DNA from: Octopus bimaculoides
Lineage: Eukaryota
Assembly: GCF_001194135.2 (NCBI RefSeq)
Contig: NC_068994.1
Span: forward strand, 41,106,814 to 41,170,813
Reading direction: 5' to 3'
Length of the DNA: 64,000 nucleotides
Shown piece after piece: positions 51,598 to 64,000 of this stretch. The position numbers and the translations under genes are program-made. Below the pieces are notes generated by a model that saw only the letters and a list, made by a program, of their open reading frames with translations, made no database searches and was not told the DNA's origin. Each line of letters opens with the position of its first letter. Positions within the stretch are counted from its first letter, which is position 1.

Positions 51598-51800
51598 TGT
51601 TGTTGTGTTGCTGTTTAACCCCAGGTGAGCCCTGATAGATCAAGTGTTCCAGTCATAGACACTGTCTTTTAGAAGTATATCTAAGAGTTTATTATCTGTA
51701 GCATCCTTTCCATACTTAGGATGATACAATGCAATTTGAAAGCAATTTGACTGCTATTTCTAGTGATTTTAATGACCATGTAGAACCTTCTTTGTTGGTT
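51598..51800 (-). mobile_element. Repeat family D
   Basis: GTTGCTGTTTAACCCCAGGTGAGCCCTGAT...TTTGACTGCTATTTCTAGT. Confidence 0.6.
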
Positions 51801-51804
51801 CTTA

Positions 51805-52000
51805 CCCTTTTACTTGCTTTGGTCAATGGACTGCAGCCATGCTGGAACACAATCTTGTAAGATTAGTTGAACAAATTAGCTCCAATACTTATTTTAAGTC
51901 TTGGACTTATTTTATTGGTCTCTTCCTGAAAAGCTAAGCTATGGGAATGTATACAAACCAACACTGATTGTCAAGCAGAGTGGCAACAAACACAAAAAAC
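51805..52000 (-). mobile_element. SINE family A tail
   Basis: TTTTACTTGCTTTGGTCAATGGACTGCAGCCATGCTGGAACAC...AAACCAACACTGATTGTCAAG. Confidence 0.7.
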
Positions 52001-52107
52001 ACACACATAAGAATATTTTCCTATCTATCTGTCCGTCTGTCTGTCTATATGTCTCTCTGTCTTCTGTCTCTCTATCTGTCAATCTATCTATTTCTCTCTA
52101 TCCATCC

Positions 52108-52153
<46 letters not shown>

Positions 52154-52254
52154 TTCTCTCCATCCACCTATCTATCTATATACATACATATTCAGTTAAT
52201 TTTTGTGTCAAGTCCTACAACTCATAGGATCAATGACCCAGTTTACATGGTGTA

Positions 52255-52445
52255 TAACTGACCGAGATAACATTTTCCCTGAACCAGATGCCAGTCCATT
52301 GGGAGGCTAATCATTTACAGCCAAGTGAGAAGTAGCAGTAGAAAATGAAACATTTTGCTCCTGAAACATGATGCAGAAGCTAGTCAGTCAATCAAGACCA
52401 CAGCCTACTGATTATGAGTGCAACCCCCCTAACCACTGCACTACA
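52255..52445 (-). mobile_element. tRNA/CORE SINE, old
   Basis: GATTATGAGTGCAACCCCCTAACCACT head matches the 45590-45758 copy. Confidence 0.6.
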
Positions 52446-52509
52446 CACACACACACCTACTTACAGGTACACACCCATACCTACTTACACACACATACAC
52501 ACACACACA

Positions 52510-52675
52510 CACAATAGGCTTTCACACAGTTTCTATCTACTAAATTCACTCACAAGATATTGGTCAATGTGGGACAATAGTAGAAGACACTTGCACAGGG
52601 TGCAGTGCAGTGGGACTGAACCTAAAATCACATGGTTGCAAAGCAAGCTTCTTAACCATACAGCCATGCCTGCAC
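52510..52675 (-). mobile_element. SINE family A, 5' part
   Basis: AGTAGAAGACACTTGCACAGGGTGCAGTGCAGTGGGACTGAACC...CTTCTTAACCATACAGCCATGCCTGC. Confidence 0.85.
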
Positions 52676-53084
52676 CTATGTTACTGAAATGTTTTGAAAG
52701 TGCATCCCTGCCAAATATAAAATATGAATTGTGATCAGACTGGATTCACCATTAAGTAAAATAAGCATGTGCTTAGGGCATCAAGGGAAGGAGGGGGCAC
52801 CACAGAAATTGTAAATGGTTTACGGCACAAAAGAAATCACTTAACTTGCTAAAATAATATTCAAAGTAGTTTATATGATTGGAAATATAATTTCGAAATG
52901 TTCATGGTGTCATAGGGAGGATCTGATAAAAAACATAGGGGAAACATTTTTAATGTATATAAAGTGGAAGTATACAAAAGTAAACATTATTTTTCCAGCT
53001 TATCAATTTGGTTTTATTTTGAAAACTAAAACTTTATTTCATGGTTTATCATTGTTTATATTTTGAATTACATATATATATGGG

Positions 53085-53350
53085 CATCGAAATCTTTTAA
53101 TTGATTGTAAGGTCATGCGTTTGATCCCTAACAGTGGATCATGTATTTCAGCAAGACACTTTATTTCAATGTTGCTCCAGTCCACTTACTCAAAAATTAG
53201 CTGTACCTGCTATTCAAAGAGTTTGATCCAAGTCTGTGGAGTGCTCAGCCACTTGCACATTAATTTCATGAGCAAGCTGTTTTATTGATCAGCTGTTCCA
53301 TTCATCGGATTAACTGGAACACTCGTCATCATAAGTAACAGTGTGCTAGT
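53085..53350 (+). mobile_element. SINE family B
   Basis: CAGCAAGACACTTTATTTCAATGTTGCTCCAGTCCAC and GTGGAGTGCTCAGCCACTTGCACATTAATTTCATGAGC. Confidence 0.85.
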
Positions 53351-53364
53351 GTGTATGTATGTGA

Positions 53365-53556
53365 AGGGTGTATATGTGTGTGTCTTTGTGCTTGACAACT
53401 GGTATTGGTTTGTTTATGTCCTCATAACTTAGACCATTAGACTAAGTACCAGACTTTAAAAAATAAGAAGTAACAGCTTCATCTGTTTGACTAAAATGCT
53501 CCAAAGTAGCACTCCAGTATGGCCACAGTCTAGTGATTGAAACGAGTAAAAGATGA
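53365..53556 (+). mobile_element. SINE family A tail
   Basis: CTTGACAACTGGTATTGGTTTGTTTATGTCC...TATGGCCACAGTCTAGTGATTGAAAC. Confidence 0.7.
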
Positions 53557-53729
53557 AAAAAATCAGGACTGACTTTTGGTTATAAAAACCAACAACAATA
53601 ACAGTCATTGCAAATGGGGAAAATGTACCATGTAACAAATAATCTTGGTTGAATAAGTTTTGAAAGATACATTTTTTCCCTACAATCATGCACTTGTTCT
53701 TAATGTAAGCATTAATTCATAAGGTTAAT

Positions 53730-53792
53730 TTAAGGAACTTAATAAAATTCTTCCCTCTATAATTCTTAAGGAACTTAATAAAATTCTTCCCT
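53730..53792. repeat. 36-bp-period tandem duplication
   Basis: TTAAGGAACTTAATAAAATTCTTCCCT at 53730 and 53766. Confidence 0.9.
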
Positions 53793-54977
53793 GTATCTCA
53801 ATATCTTCAAGAAAAAAATTAAAGGCAAAAAATAGAGAAAGCAAATTCCTTAAAGAAACAAGCTCTTAGTTATCTATGAGAATATATTATAAGCCTAGAA
53901 TAATCAAATCTACGAATTTTATATAAACTATCACATTAAATGATTATATATGACAAATGACATTTTTTGCAGTATTTGTTATATAGCATAAATATGAATG
54001 ATTTAGGGCTTTCAGATTCTTAAGCAAGTTTCTTTATCTTTTAATTTATATTCAAATATCTCTAGGAGGTTGCTTACCACAAGATTAATGTAAAAGCTGA
54101 ATATTAGCGGATTTTTGAAATTTCTTTTTATATAGAATTTTGAATTGAGTTTTTCAGACATATCCAAGAACTAGTCTTTCTTTTCCATTTTAATGATAAA
54201 ATAGAAAAATAAAAATAAATGCTATTAAAAAACAAAAAGCTCAGCATTGAATATTCTAATTTGCATATGCACATCTACCTGAACACATAGATATATGTAT
54301 ATTTTTTACAAGGTATTTTATAGTTGTCATATCAAGTATTTTTTTCCCCTTCAATTATACTTTTTTTTGTGTGTGTGTGTGTTGTTTTCTTATTGGCTTT
54401 TGTATAAAAAAAGAAGTTTTAAAGAAAATTTCCAATATTTCATATAAAAAACAATAAATAAATGTGAAAAGAATGAATGCAAAGAAAATTTGACTTTCAA
54501 TAAGATATGTATGTATATATGTATGCAAGTATATAGGTAAGAATGTATACATACATATGTGAGCATGTATGTATGCCTGTATATATAGACATATATATAT
54601 ATATATATGTATGTATGTATATATGTACATATATATAAAGATATGAAGATTTCTAAAAAGCATATTTTTTTTACTTTACTTTCTTTGAACATCTTATTTC
54701 AGAATTATGGAATGCTGGCATGGAAAATACGATTTGCATGCTCTTTATATTTGAGTGCAATTTTACCGGTCTGCTCTTAAAAGCAATGTTGCTGGAAGAA
54801 CGTATGTAAATATACTTTCCTACACACATTGAAAAAGATACACCTATTACACACATGGTCTCTCTTTCGCACACGCACACACTCACATGCACAAATATAT
54901 AAATACAGATACACATAGATGTATATATATGTATATATATATATGTATATATATATGTGTATATATATGCATATATA

Positions 54978-55045
<68 letters not shown>

Positions 55046-55499
55046 CATACATACATATATATACATTATATACACATATGTTTATGAACACACAAGCACA
55101 CACTCTCATACATGCATATCTATCGATCTAGCTATCTCTCTCTCTCTCTCTACACACACACACAAACACACACATATATATATAGTCAGACAGATATAAC
55201 TACACACACACACACATATAGTGAAACTTTTCTTAATGATATTTTTCTGTTCTACAACCGAAAGTGATGTTTCCTGTTAGCCACATGGAATGTAAGGTTG
55301 ATCTTTATATTGGATACATATAAGTAATGGTCGAAGATGTGAAGTACTATTAACCTGGGTTCTCTGGGACAGAAATCAATACTTCTTGCTAGGAAGGAGA
55401 TGAAGAGAGAAATACCACCTAGCTGCTTGCTTATGCCTCAGGCTAAGCTGCAGAAAATCTTCAATTCAAGAAAGTGTTGATGAAGGATTCTAGAAGTTG

Positions 55500-55775
55500 T
55501 TTACCATAACAAAATAATAATAATACTGATGCTGGTGGTGATTGTTGTTGTGGTGCTAATGTTAGTGGTTGTGGTGGTGGTCATAATGGTTATGGTTGTG
55601 GTGGTCGTGGCAGTCATAATGATGATGATGATGGTGATGGTAGTTGTGGTGGTGGTGATGACAGTGATAGTGGTGGTGGTGGTGGTAGTAAAGAGGTGGG
55701 GCTGGAGGAAGAGGTGTAATAGTGATAACAGTGATATAGTAATATAATAATAATGAGAATAATAATAATAATATA
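55500..55775. repeat. (GGT)n/(GAT)n/(AAT)n array
   Basis: Directly visible. Confidence 0.95.
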
Positions 55776-56069
55776 TACACACAAACACACACATATTTGT
55801 ATATACAGATACATTCACATACATATACATGCACACACACACACACACACACACGCATATATATATATATAAATAAATATATATACATACACACATACAC
55901 ATCTATACATATGTGTATATGTATGTATGTTTGTATGTATGTATGCATGAATGTATGTATGCGTTTATGTATGCATGTATTTATGTATACACAGTCACCC
56001 ACATTTATAATCAGGAATACACTCAATAGAAAGATGTGGACCCTCCACACACACACATACATGCACACA

Positions 56070-56148
<79 letters not shown>

Positions 56149-56756
56149 ACGCAATCTGTACCAAAATGTATTGAGCTAGTATAGAGCAGCAGAGACAAAA
56201 TTCCATAAATCACTCCTTACGCAAAAATATTAATGACTTTACTGGTCACTAAGTTGACAAAAAAAAAAAATTGAAGACTGGACACCCATGCCAAGCATTA
56301 TGGAGAGATAAGGGGAAAGAATTTAACCATCAGTGTGAACGTAAAAGTAAAAGGTGATATGACTGATTTATATAAACATTTACACACACACACACACACA
56401 CACATATGCATGTAAATATTTATTCATTTGTTTTGTGTCTATTTATCCATATATAATCTCTCTCTATACATATATATAAAGACGCACATATATATATATA
56501 CACACATACATATATACATATACACATATATACATACATATGCATTTATACATACATACATACATATGTACAAACATGAATACATACATATTTTATCCAA
56601 AATGTATAGTATTATATATCCATCACGACTAATCTTACCAATCGGTTTTGCACAAGGAATAAAATGGAGTGTTAGGTAACAATCTGGTTATACAACTTTA
56701 TGCTCATCAGAGCTAGCTGATATGGAAGGGAATATGAGTATATAAAGATATGCATA

Positions 56757-56814
<58 letters not shown>

Positions 56815-57501
56815 AATAAACACAATGTATCGTTTTTTCTGTGCTGTGCTACTATTAGTTTCATGGAATAAAAGCATCTGAGACAGTATATTTTTAACAT
56901 GTCTGGTGCCTTAGTGCAATCTTCAGGCATTGTAAATTTTATGTGTGTCTGTGTGCATATATATATGTATGCAAATGTATATATATAAATGTATACATCA
57001 TGTGACTGGGTAAGTTGTAGGGCAAATGAAGAGAATGAGTGAGGAGGACATATGGTGATGGAGGAGAGATAATTTAGCAGCTCAGGAGTGTTGTCTAGCC
57101 CTAGGTAAAGTTTGATTGATCATGTGCATGATCAAAGTATGTGATATTTCTAGCAGTTTACATGATTGCATGAAAACTTTCTTGGTGGCTCCACCTCTCT
57201 TGCATATAGTGGTGAATTCTATTTCTCCAACGCATCTCTTAGTAACCAAGTGACCTTGGACACTGAGAATGATGTGTATTTGTTAAGACTACAGAGAAAG
57301 TGACAAATCATTAGATCTTTGATACCTAGTGTTATTTGTTCTAATTTTTCTGTATTTTGAGTTCAAATCCTACTAAGGTCACTTAATCTTTCTTTTATCT
57401 TTTTTTGGAATCTATAAAACGTATCAGTCCTGAACAGCGAATTGGTAGACACAGTAAGACCAGTTGTCTTGTGATATTTGTTCTCATTCCTTGTTTTGAA
57501 G

Positions 57502-57882
57502 TGGAGGCACAATGGCCCAGTGGTTAGGGATGTGGACTTGTGGTCATAGGATTACGGTTTTGATTCCCAGACTGGGCGTTGTGAATGTTTATTGAGCGAA
57601 AACACCTAAAGCTCCATGAGGCTTCAGCAGGGTTATGGTGGCGAACCCTGCTGTACTCTTTCACCACAACTTTCTCTCACTCTTACTTCCTGTTTCTGTT
57701 GTGCCTGTAATTCAAAGGGTCAGCCTTGTCACACTGTGTCACGTTGAATATCCTTGAGAACTACATTACGGGTACACATGTCTGTGGAGTGCTCAGCCAC
57801 TTGCACATTAATTTCACGAGTGGGCTGTTCTGTTGATTGGATCAACTGGAATCCTCGACGTAGTAAGCGATGGAGTGCCAAC
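57502..57882 (+). mobile_element. SINE family B (non-CORE body variant), full length
   Basis: Head GTGGAGGCACAATGGCCCAGTGGTTAGG, end GATGGAGTGCCAAC; matches 3150-3500. Confidence 0.9.
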
Positions 57883-59232
57883 CTTGTTTTGAGTTCAAAT
57901 CTCACTGTGACCTACTCAGCCAATTCACCATCTTTTCTGTGCTCCTGACAAATACACTCCATTCTCAGTGTTTCAGTTCATCTGGTTGTTAATAGTGCAA
58001 TGGTGAGTTGGAATTCTCTTCTACATGTAAGAGAAGTGGAGCCATTATAAAGCTTCTGTGCAATCACATAAACTGCAAGGAATAGTGAAATCATTGTAAA
58101 AATGTAAATCCATACTTGATCATGCATTGATTCAGTCAGGTTTGACTTGGGGCTAAATAATAACATAAATAAAGAATTGCATTATTGATTTTTAACATGG
58201 GCACAAGACCACAAGTAGCTCAGTTTAATACTGTCACTTGATATTTTGGATGGCTTTAGTAGAGTCTATTTTGTAACAAGCATTTCAGTCATGTCTTCAG
58301 TTTAAGAAGTACACCTTCCTTGCTCCATTTTACAAGTCTCAGATGTTCTTGAAAGGACCATGAATATTGCCTTCTTTCCTGACTTAAAGGTAAAAACAGA
58401 AAAACAAGAGAGATTTTGAGAATTGTCAACTCCTTTAATTATTACATAAACAGTTTTTATATCCAACTGACCACAACTTTATCAGTCACATAATACATAT
58501 CTATCATATTCAATAGAAATATATAAATAGACTGAATAAATATCTTGTTCTTTGACTGAAACAGACCAATGTAACTTATGATTTTTTAATGTATAGTAAG
58601 GCAGAAATTTTTCAAAGCTTGTTAAAACTGTTAATATAGGTCTTCATAAATTTTCTCCCTTTAACTAGAAACCAATGTATCAAAAGTTACAGTGAATTCA
58701 TACAGAAAATATTTAATTCTCACCCTGCACTAATTTATTCTCTTCACTTCTGCTTATGAAATGAAATAAATATGCAATTACAGCAATAAATGATTTATTT
58801 TAAAGGATGATATGCGAGAAATCTTGTTGTGAGATTTTCTTTGATAAAACATAATAGAACTGGTCTGAAATCTTGGTAGCATATGAATGAGTTGAAAGGT
58901 ATTCTGGACAGATTGATGAAGAGAAGATTTTATTGGTAAACTACACATGTAAAGATTTATGAGTGCACATCATACACAGATAAATATATTTATAGAGATA
59001 TGCACTCTTGCACAATATATCCATATGTCCACAGGAGTGAATAAACATGTTTATGTACCAATATTACCATCAATTACATGTTCATTACTATTCTTTCATG
59101 GTTATGCAGTTCACAAACATGAGTATATGGGTGTGTGTGTGTGTGTATGTATATCTAAGGTACATGCATACATGTGTATATATATTTGAATATTTACATG
59201 TATTGATTTACAGATACTTATACATATTGATA

Positions 59233-59295
<63 letters not shown>

Positions 59296-59374
59296 ACACA
59301 CNNNNNNNNNNGTGTGTGTGTGTGTGTGTGTACACACACACACACACACAGACACATAGTCTGTTTAACAAGTT

Positions 59375-59660
59375 CTTGCTTAACTTATGTTCAACCCTGA
59401 TCAAGCATACATCTATGATTATAGGAAGGACTGTGAAGGCTATTGTACAGCCACTTCTTCTTGACTAAATCATTAAAAGAGAGTATTCCACTCATGTCTA
59501 TTTAGGAATACCTAATACTACATATAAGTATTTTTCCTTTTTTTTTAACATGGTAAGATAATATTTGAAGGGGATATGGCTGCTATTTCTAGCAGATTGA
59601 GGTATGATTTGGAGATTTCCTCATTTGCTTCAGATTATTTCTGTAGACCAATCAGGTTGA
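59375..59660 (-). mobile_element. Repeat family D, old
   Basis: CAACCCTGATCAAGCA...CTATGAT and GATATGGCTGCTATTTCTAGCAG. Confidence 0.5.
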
Positions 59661-59934
59661 TTTTTTTTTTTAAATCTAGGATATGCTAAAGTTCAGAACA
59701 ATAAACTTACAGAGGTGGATTTCCCGGGACCCAGAATCAGATTAAAAAGGAAACTGAAGCCTTAAGCATGCACTAACAATGATGCTCTGCAACATTTGTT
59801 TTAGTTCTTTGTGTTCAGAGTTCAAATCTCACCACAGCCTAATGAGGTGGTAAACTTAGTCTGTCAACCACTTTAATATCATCTCCTAGCACCTTGGGTG
59901 CTTTTAGTGGAGTTCATTCTAGCAACATTTTGAC

Positions 59935-60090
59935 CAGGTCTCTTTCATTTTCCATCTACCAAATCCACTCACAAGGCTTTTGGTTGGCTCGAGGCTATAG
60001 TAGAAGTCATTTGCCCAAGGTGCCACACAGTGGGACTGAACCCGGAACCATATTGTTGGTAAGCAAGCTACTTACCACACAGCCACTTCT
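59935..60090 (-). mobile_element. SINE family A, 5' part
   Basis: CTACCAAATCCACTCACAAGGCTTT...GGCTCGAGGCTATAGTAGAAG...CCCAAGGTGCCACACAGTGGGACTGAACCCGGAACC. Confidence 0.9.
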
Positions 60091-60836
60091 GCACCAACTT
60101 ATCAATAATATAAATAATATAAGTGAATGGTGTTAGTTTCAATGATACCAGTTGGTTAAAATGGGAGTACTAGGAATTGGGAGATAACCTAACTAGTACT
60201 ACCAGCACATATCACTGCACTCCACAATTTTACTGCTTAGGAAGATAATTTTCAATAGCAGGGGATCTTCCTTAACTTGTGGACTGCATACTGCTCTTTT
60301 TGCTGGCATACATGATTTGTTTTGGAGTTAAAACTATTTTGATNNNNNNNNNNNNNNNNNNNNNNNNNNNNNNNNNNNNNNNNNNNNNNNNNNNNNNNNN
60401 NNNNNNNNNNNNNNNNNNNNNNNNNNNNNNNNNNNNNNNNNNNNNNNNNNNNNNNNNNNNNNNNNNNNNNNNNNNNNNNNNNNNNNNNNNNNNNNNNNNN
60501 NNNNNNNNNNNNNNNNNNNNNNNNNNNNNNNNNNNNNNNNNNNNNNNNNNNNNNNNNNNNNNNNNNNNNNNNNNNNNNNNNNNNNNNNNNNNNNNNNNNN
60601 NNNNNNNNNNNNNNNNNNNNNNNNNNNNNNNNNNNNNNNNNNNNNNNNNNNNNNNNNNNNNNNNNNNNNNNNNNNNNNNNNNNNNNNNNNNNNNNNNNNN
60701 NNNNNNNNNNNNNNNNNNNNNNNNNNNNNNNNNNNNNNNNNNNNNNNNNNNNNNNNNNNNNNNNNNNNNNNNNNNNNNNNNNNNNNNNNNNNNNNNNNNN
60801 NNNNATGCATATAGATACATGCATACATACATATTG

Positions 60837-60867
<31 letters not shown>

Positions 60868-61331
60868 GTGTATGTGCTATCAAATTTTACCTCTTTCCAT
60901 TACAACAATTACTGAAAATTTTTGGCCTATTAAATGTTTTTCGTTAGTGTTTCAACCAAAACAGCTTTCTTCAGACTGTATCATGTTACAAGCAAACATG
61001 TTTTGTTTACTTCCTGTAGATCAGTTGGGGTTCAACTCACTGCTGTAGTTTTCCAAATCAAATTGGATTCTCATTGTGATATTTGATATGATATCAATGT
61101 TCACTTAATTAATAAACTGAAATTGTATGAAAACCTTATATCATCAACTGAGTGAGAAATGGCTGCAGTGCTCTATTTCTATAAGATGTAGTATGATTCA
61201 CGATTTGACAATTCAACAATTTACATCCTAAAAGAGTATTACACTTTTTACAAACACAGATGCACATAAATATATACACTCGTCTACATATATGTGGATA
61301 CATATGTATGTATATGTGTGTATATACATAG

Positions 61332-61382
<51 letters not shown>

Positions 61383-61385
<3 letters not shown>

Positions 61386-61800
61386 GTGCAAGTTTTGTCC
61401 GTTTGTAATTGTGTGTGAATTTGTGAATTTGTTACTTTAACTCCTGCGAGACTATCCAACTGACCTCAATGAAACTTGTCACGTGTGCAGCGATTATGAC
61501 CATGCAGTCACCTACACACTTGAAATTTGAAAAAAAAATCGAGGATTTTTAATCAGCATCGATTTTTCAGAAATCAAAAGGATATTTCAATGCAAATTCT
61601 CATATGAATGTTATTTTCTACCATAACTTTTAAAGTTTTCAACTGATTTTCTTCAAATTTTATACATAGATGGAATATGCAGTGAGGATGGGTTGAGATG
61701 AATACATTTTTACCAAGGCCTCTCAAGCAACGTGTAAGATGATCTTTGATTAACTGATTAACGAAATTTGGCCAATATTGTTGTGGGGTTAAAATGTTCA
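61383..61800 (+). mobile_element. Possible non-autonomous Helitron/Helentron-like remnant
   Basis: Begins within a TATATAAA run followed by GTTTTGTCCGTTTGT, and contains CAACTGACCTCAATGAAACTT and ATAACTTTT...ACTGATTTTCTTCAAATTTT motifs. Family call is inference from recalled motif style only. Confidence 0.3.
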
Positions 61801-61982
61801 TAAATTATTTCGTATATATATGTATATATATATAGATATATATATGTATAGATGTATATGTATATGTATAGATGTATATGTANNNNNNNNNNNNNNNNNN
61901 NNNNNNNNNNNNNNNNNNNNNNNNNNNNNNNNNNNNNNNNNNNNNNNNNNNNNNNNNNNNNNNNNNNNNNNNNNNNNNNNNN

Positions 61983-62015
<33 letters not shown>

Positions 62016-62212
62016 TCTTTGTACCCCGCCCCTCATCACTTGACAACCAATGTTGTTGTGTTTATGTCCCCATAACTAAGCCATTTGGCAAAACGCACCG
62101 ATAGAATAAGTACTAGGCTGAGAAAGAATAAATCCTGGGGTTGATTTCTTTGACTAAAGGTGGTGCTCCAGCATGGCTGCAGTCACATGATTGCAACAAG
62201 TAAAACAATAAA
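61983..62212 (+). mobile_element. SINE family A, 3' half
   Basis: CACTTGACAACCAATG...CCGATAGAATAAGTACTAGG...GGTGCTCCAGCATGGCTGCAGTC. Confidence 0.9.
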
Positions 62213-62306
62213 AAAACAATGCCATTTTAATCCTGAGCAACACTGGGTATCTCTGCTAGTGTATATATATATATATATATATATATATNNNNNNNNNNAC
62301 ACATAC

Positions 62307-62345
<39 letters not shown>

Positions 62346-62501
62346 TACATATATATGTGTATATATGTGTGTGTGTCTATACATGTATATGTATATATGT
62401 ATATGTTTATGCTTGTGTATGTGTGTTTACATACATACAAATATATAAATATATATGTAAACACACCCGCAGACACACACACATATATACATACACAAGC
62501 A

Positions 62502-62544
<43 letters not shown>

Positions 62545-62787
62545 AGAGCAGATCCTATCAGTAACACTTTTATAAGTGGCATTTTGACAGATTAAACTGG
62601 CAGAATCTATTTGCAGTAATCAGTAGTGTGATTGCAGTTTTTTTTTTTATTACGTATTATCTAACTTTAGCATTACTTACCCTTTTGCTTCCCTAATCCT
62701 TTTATAACTATCAGTCTTAATATTAAAGTTTATTTGCTAAAAGAATGTGGCAGTCCTATACAAGGACGATGTTACTGTTATTTAGCT

Positions 62788-63026
62788 CCAGAAAAATAGC
62801 TTTTCCAGTTGGAAAATATCTTTTCCATCTCTAGCCTTATGTGATACACACAGACCTAGGTTTCTGGGAGCCAGTAATTTTCTCACACTGAGGGCAGGTA
62901 ACTACCCAGAAACCTAGGTCTGTGAGTATCACGTAAGGCTAGGGATGGAAGTAATGACCTCCCTTGCATGTACTATACGGGCACAAACTGTGTGCCGGTA
63001 GCCAACTGGGAAAGATATTTTCCTGG
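62788..63026. mobile_element. Nested fold-back element with 46-bp inner arms and about 25-bp outer arms
   Basis: 62823-62868 versus the reverse complement of 62905-62950: 43/46 identical. 62788-62812 versus the reverse complement of 63002-63026: similar. Confidence 0.75.
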
Positions 63027-63224
63027 GGCTTAATAACAATAACATTGTCTCTGTATAGCACTGCCACATTATGTTGGAAAATAAACTTTATTATTCGGTA
63101 CTGTAACCATATATCTCTTGCTCAAATATTTAAAACAAGTTTTTTTTCCCTTTAGTCTTAATATTCTTTTAACATAATTATCTTATACAACTGCCGGTTT
63201 GTAATTTATTTCATTATACCTACA

Positions 63225-63590
63225 TGACTGAGTGGTTCTGGATTCAGTCCCACTATGTGGGACTTTGGCCAAATGGCTTTTACTATAGCCTTAGGCCAAT
63301 CATAGCTTTTTCAGTGGATTTGATAGGCAGAAACTGAAAGAAGCCTGTTGTATATATATATGCATGTTTGTGTGTGTCTTTGTTTGTTTTCCTGCCACCA
63401 CTTGACAACTGGTATTGGTTTATTTACATCCCTGTAACTTAGTGGTTCAGCAAAAGAAACTGATAGAATAAGTACCAGGCTTTAAAAAAAGAAAAAAAAG
63501 TACTGGAGCTGATTCATTTTACTGTGAAATTCTTCAAAGAGGTGCCCCAACATGACTGCAGTCTAATGACTGAAACAAGTAAGAGATGAA
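63225..63590 (+). mobile_element. SINE family A, near full length, old
   Basis: GTGGTTCTGGATTCAGTCCCAC...ACTATAGCC...GAAACTGAAAGAAGCC...TAATGACTGAAACAAGTAAGA. Confidence 0.9.
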
Positions 63591-63662
63591 AAAAAATTAA
63601 AGATACATACTTTAACCCATAGAAATTAGAATTGCCTACAGACAACTCTTATTTCTATAGAT

Positions 63663-64000
63663 CAGTGGTTCTCAACTATGATCTTGTGGGTCCATATAAG
63701 ATTTTTGTGGGGTCCATGCAGCAAAAGAGTCTATTGGGTCCACAGTAGCATTTTATGGGTAAATGTGAAACAATTTTGCTTTCAGTGTATGTATTAGTAT
63801 ATAGTGCAAGGAACATTTAGGTCTCTTTCTCTAACATTTTGCATAGATCAACCGAAACGAGTTAATGTATAACTAACAAAATACGAATTTTGAAAGAAGT
63901 TTCGATAAAACTAGTTTTTAAACATCGAATGGCTATGGGGATCCACTAGAATAGAATAGTAATCAAAGGGATACATAAACAAAAAGTGGTTGAGAACCCC
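63663..64000. mobile_element. hAT (Charlie-type) MITE; right end runs off the window
   Basis: Left TIR CAGTGGTTCTCAAC and right GTTGAGAACCCC; about 340 bp non-coding. Confidence 0.85.

Noticed and set aside
2002-62298. Sixteen N-runs (2002-2261, 3592-3720, 8217-8351, 11986-12093, 12946-13190, 18486-18808, 22036-22443, 31884-31893, 37112-37463, 41581-41590, 45370-45379, 47656-48348, 59302-59311, 60344-60804, 61883-61982, 62289-62298)
   Set aside because: Assembly gaps, mostly at microsatellites; no biological call possible.
1834-62575. Long ORFs rich in Y/I/C/V/H/T or X in the supplied track
   Set aside because: They are translations of (TA)n, (CA)n and (TACA)n microsatellites and N-gaps; stop-free only because of low complexity.
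1-64000. CRISPR arrays, operons, rRNA or other prokaryotic systems
   Set aside because: The sequence is eukaryotic repeat-rich DNA; no repeat-spacer array or gene-dense region is present.

Overview
AT-rich eukaryotic draft-assembly DNA with 16 N-gaps, most of them flanked by microsatellites. The repeat families resemble those I recall from Octopus (coleoid cephalopod); this is an inference and was not database-checked. No protein-coding gene can be called confidently. Almost all ORFs in the supplied track are artefacts of microsatellites, N-runs or antisense repeats. The window is intron- or intergenic-like and contains: (i) many tRNA-derived SINE copies from at least three families, (ii) 5'-truncated RTE-clade LINE remnants of very different ages, (iii) one R4/Dong-like LINE 3' remnant with zinc knuckle and restriction-like endonuclease motifs, (iv) a mariner MITE nested in an RTE remnant and a hAT MITE, and (v) several fold-back elements. 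The most interesting signal is a 253-bp imperfect palindrome (39470-39722) between TA microsatellites. Its centre falls on the first base of a degenerate minimal hammerhead-ribozyme-like core present in both arms, which suggests a Penelope-like or retrozyme terminal repeat. A second TA-flanked repeat (1415-1625) has a perfect 32-bp hairpin next to another hammerhead-like core, and a perfect 56-bp palindrome lies at 41006-41061. A few weak exon candidates are listed at low confidence. Repeat boundaries are approximate (about +/-10-20 bp) unless stated as exact.
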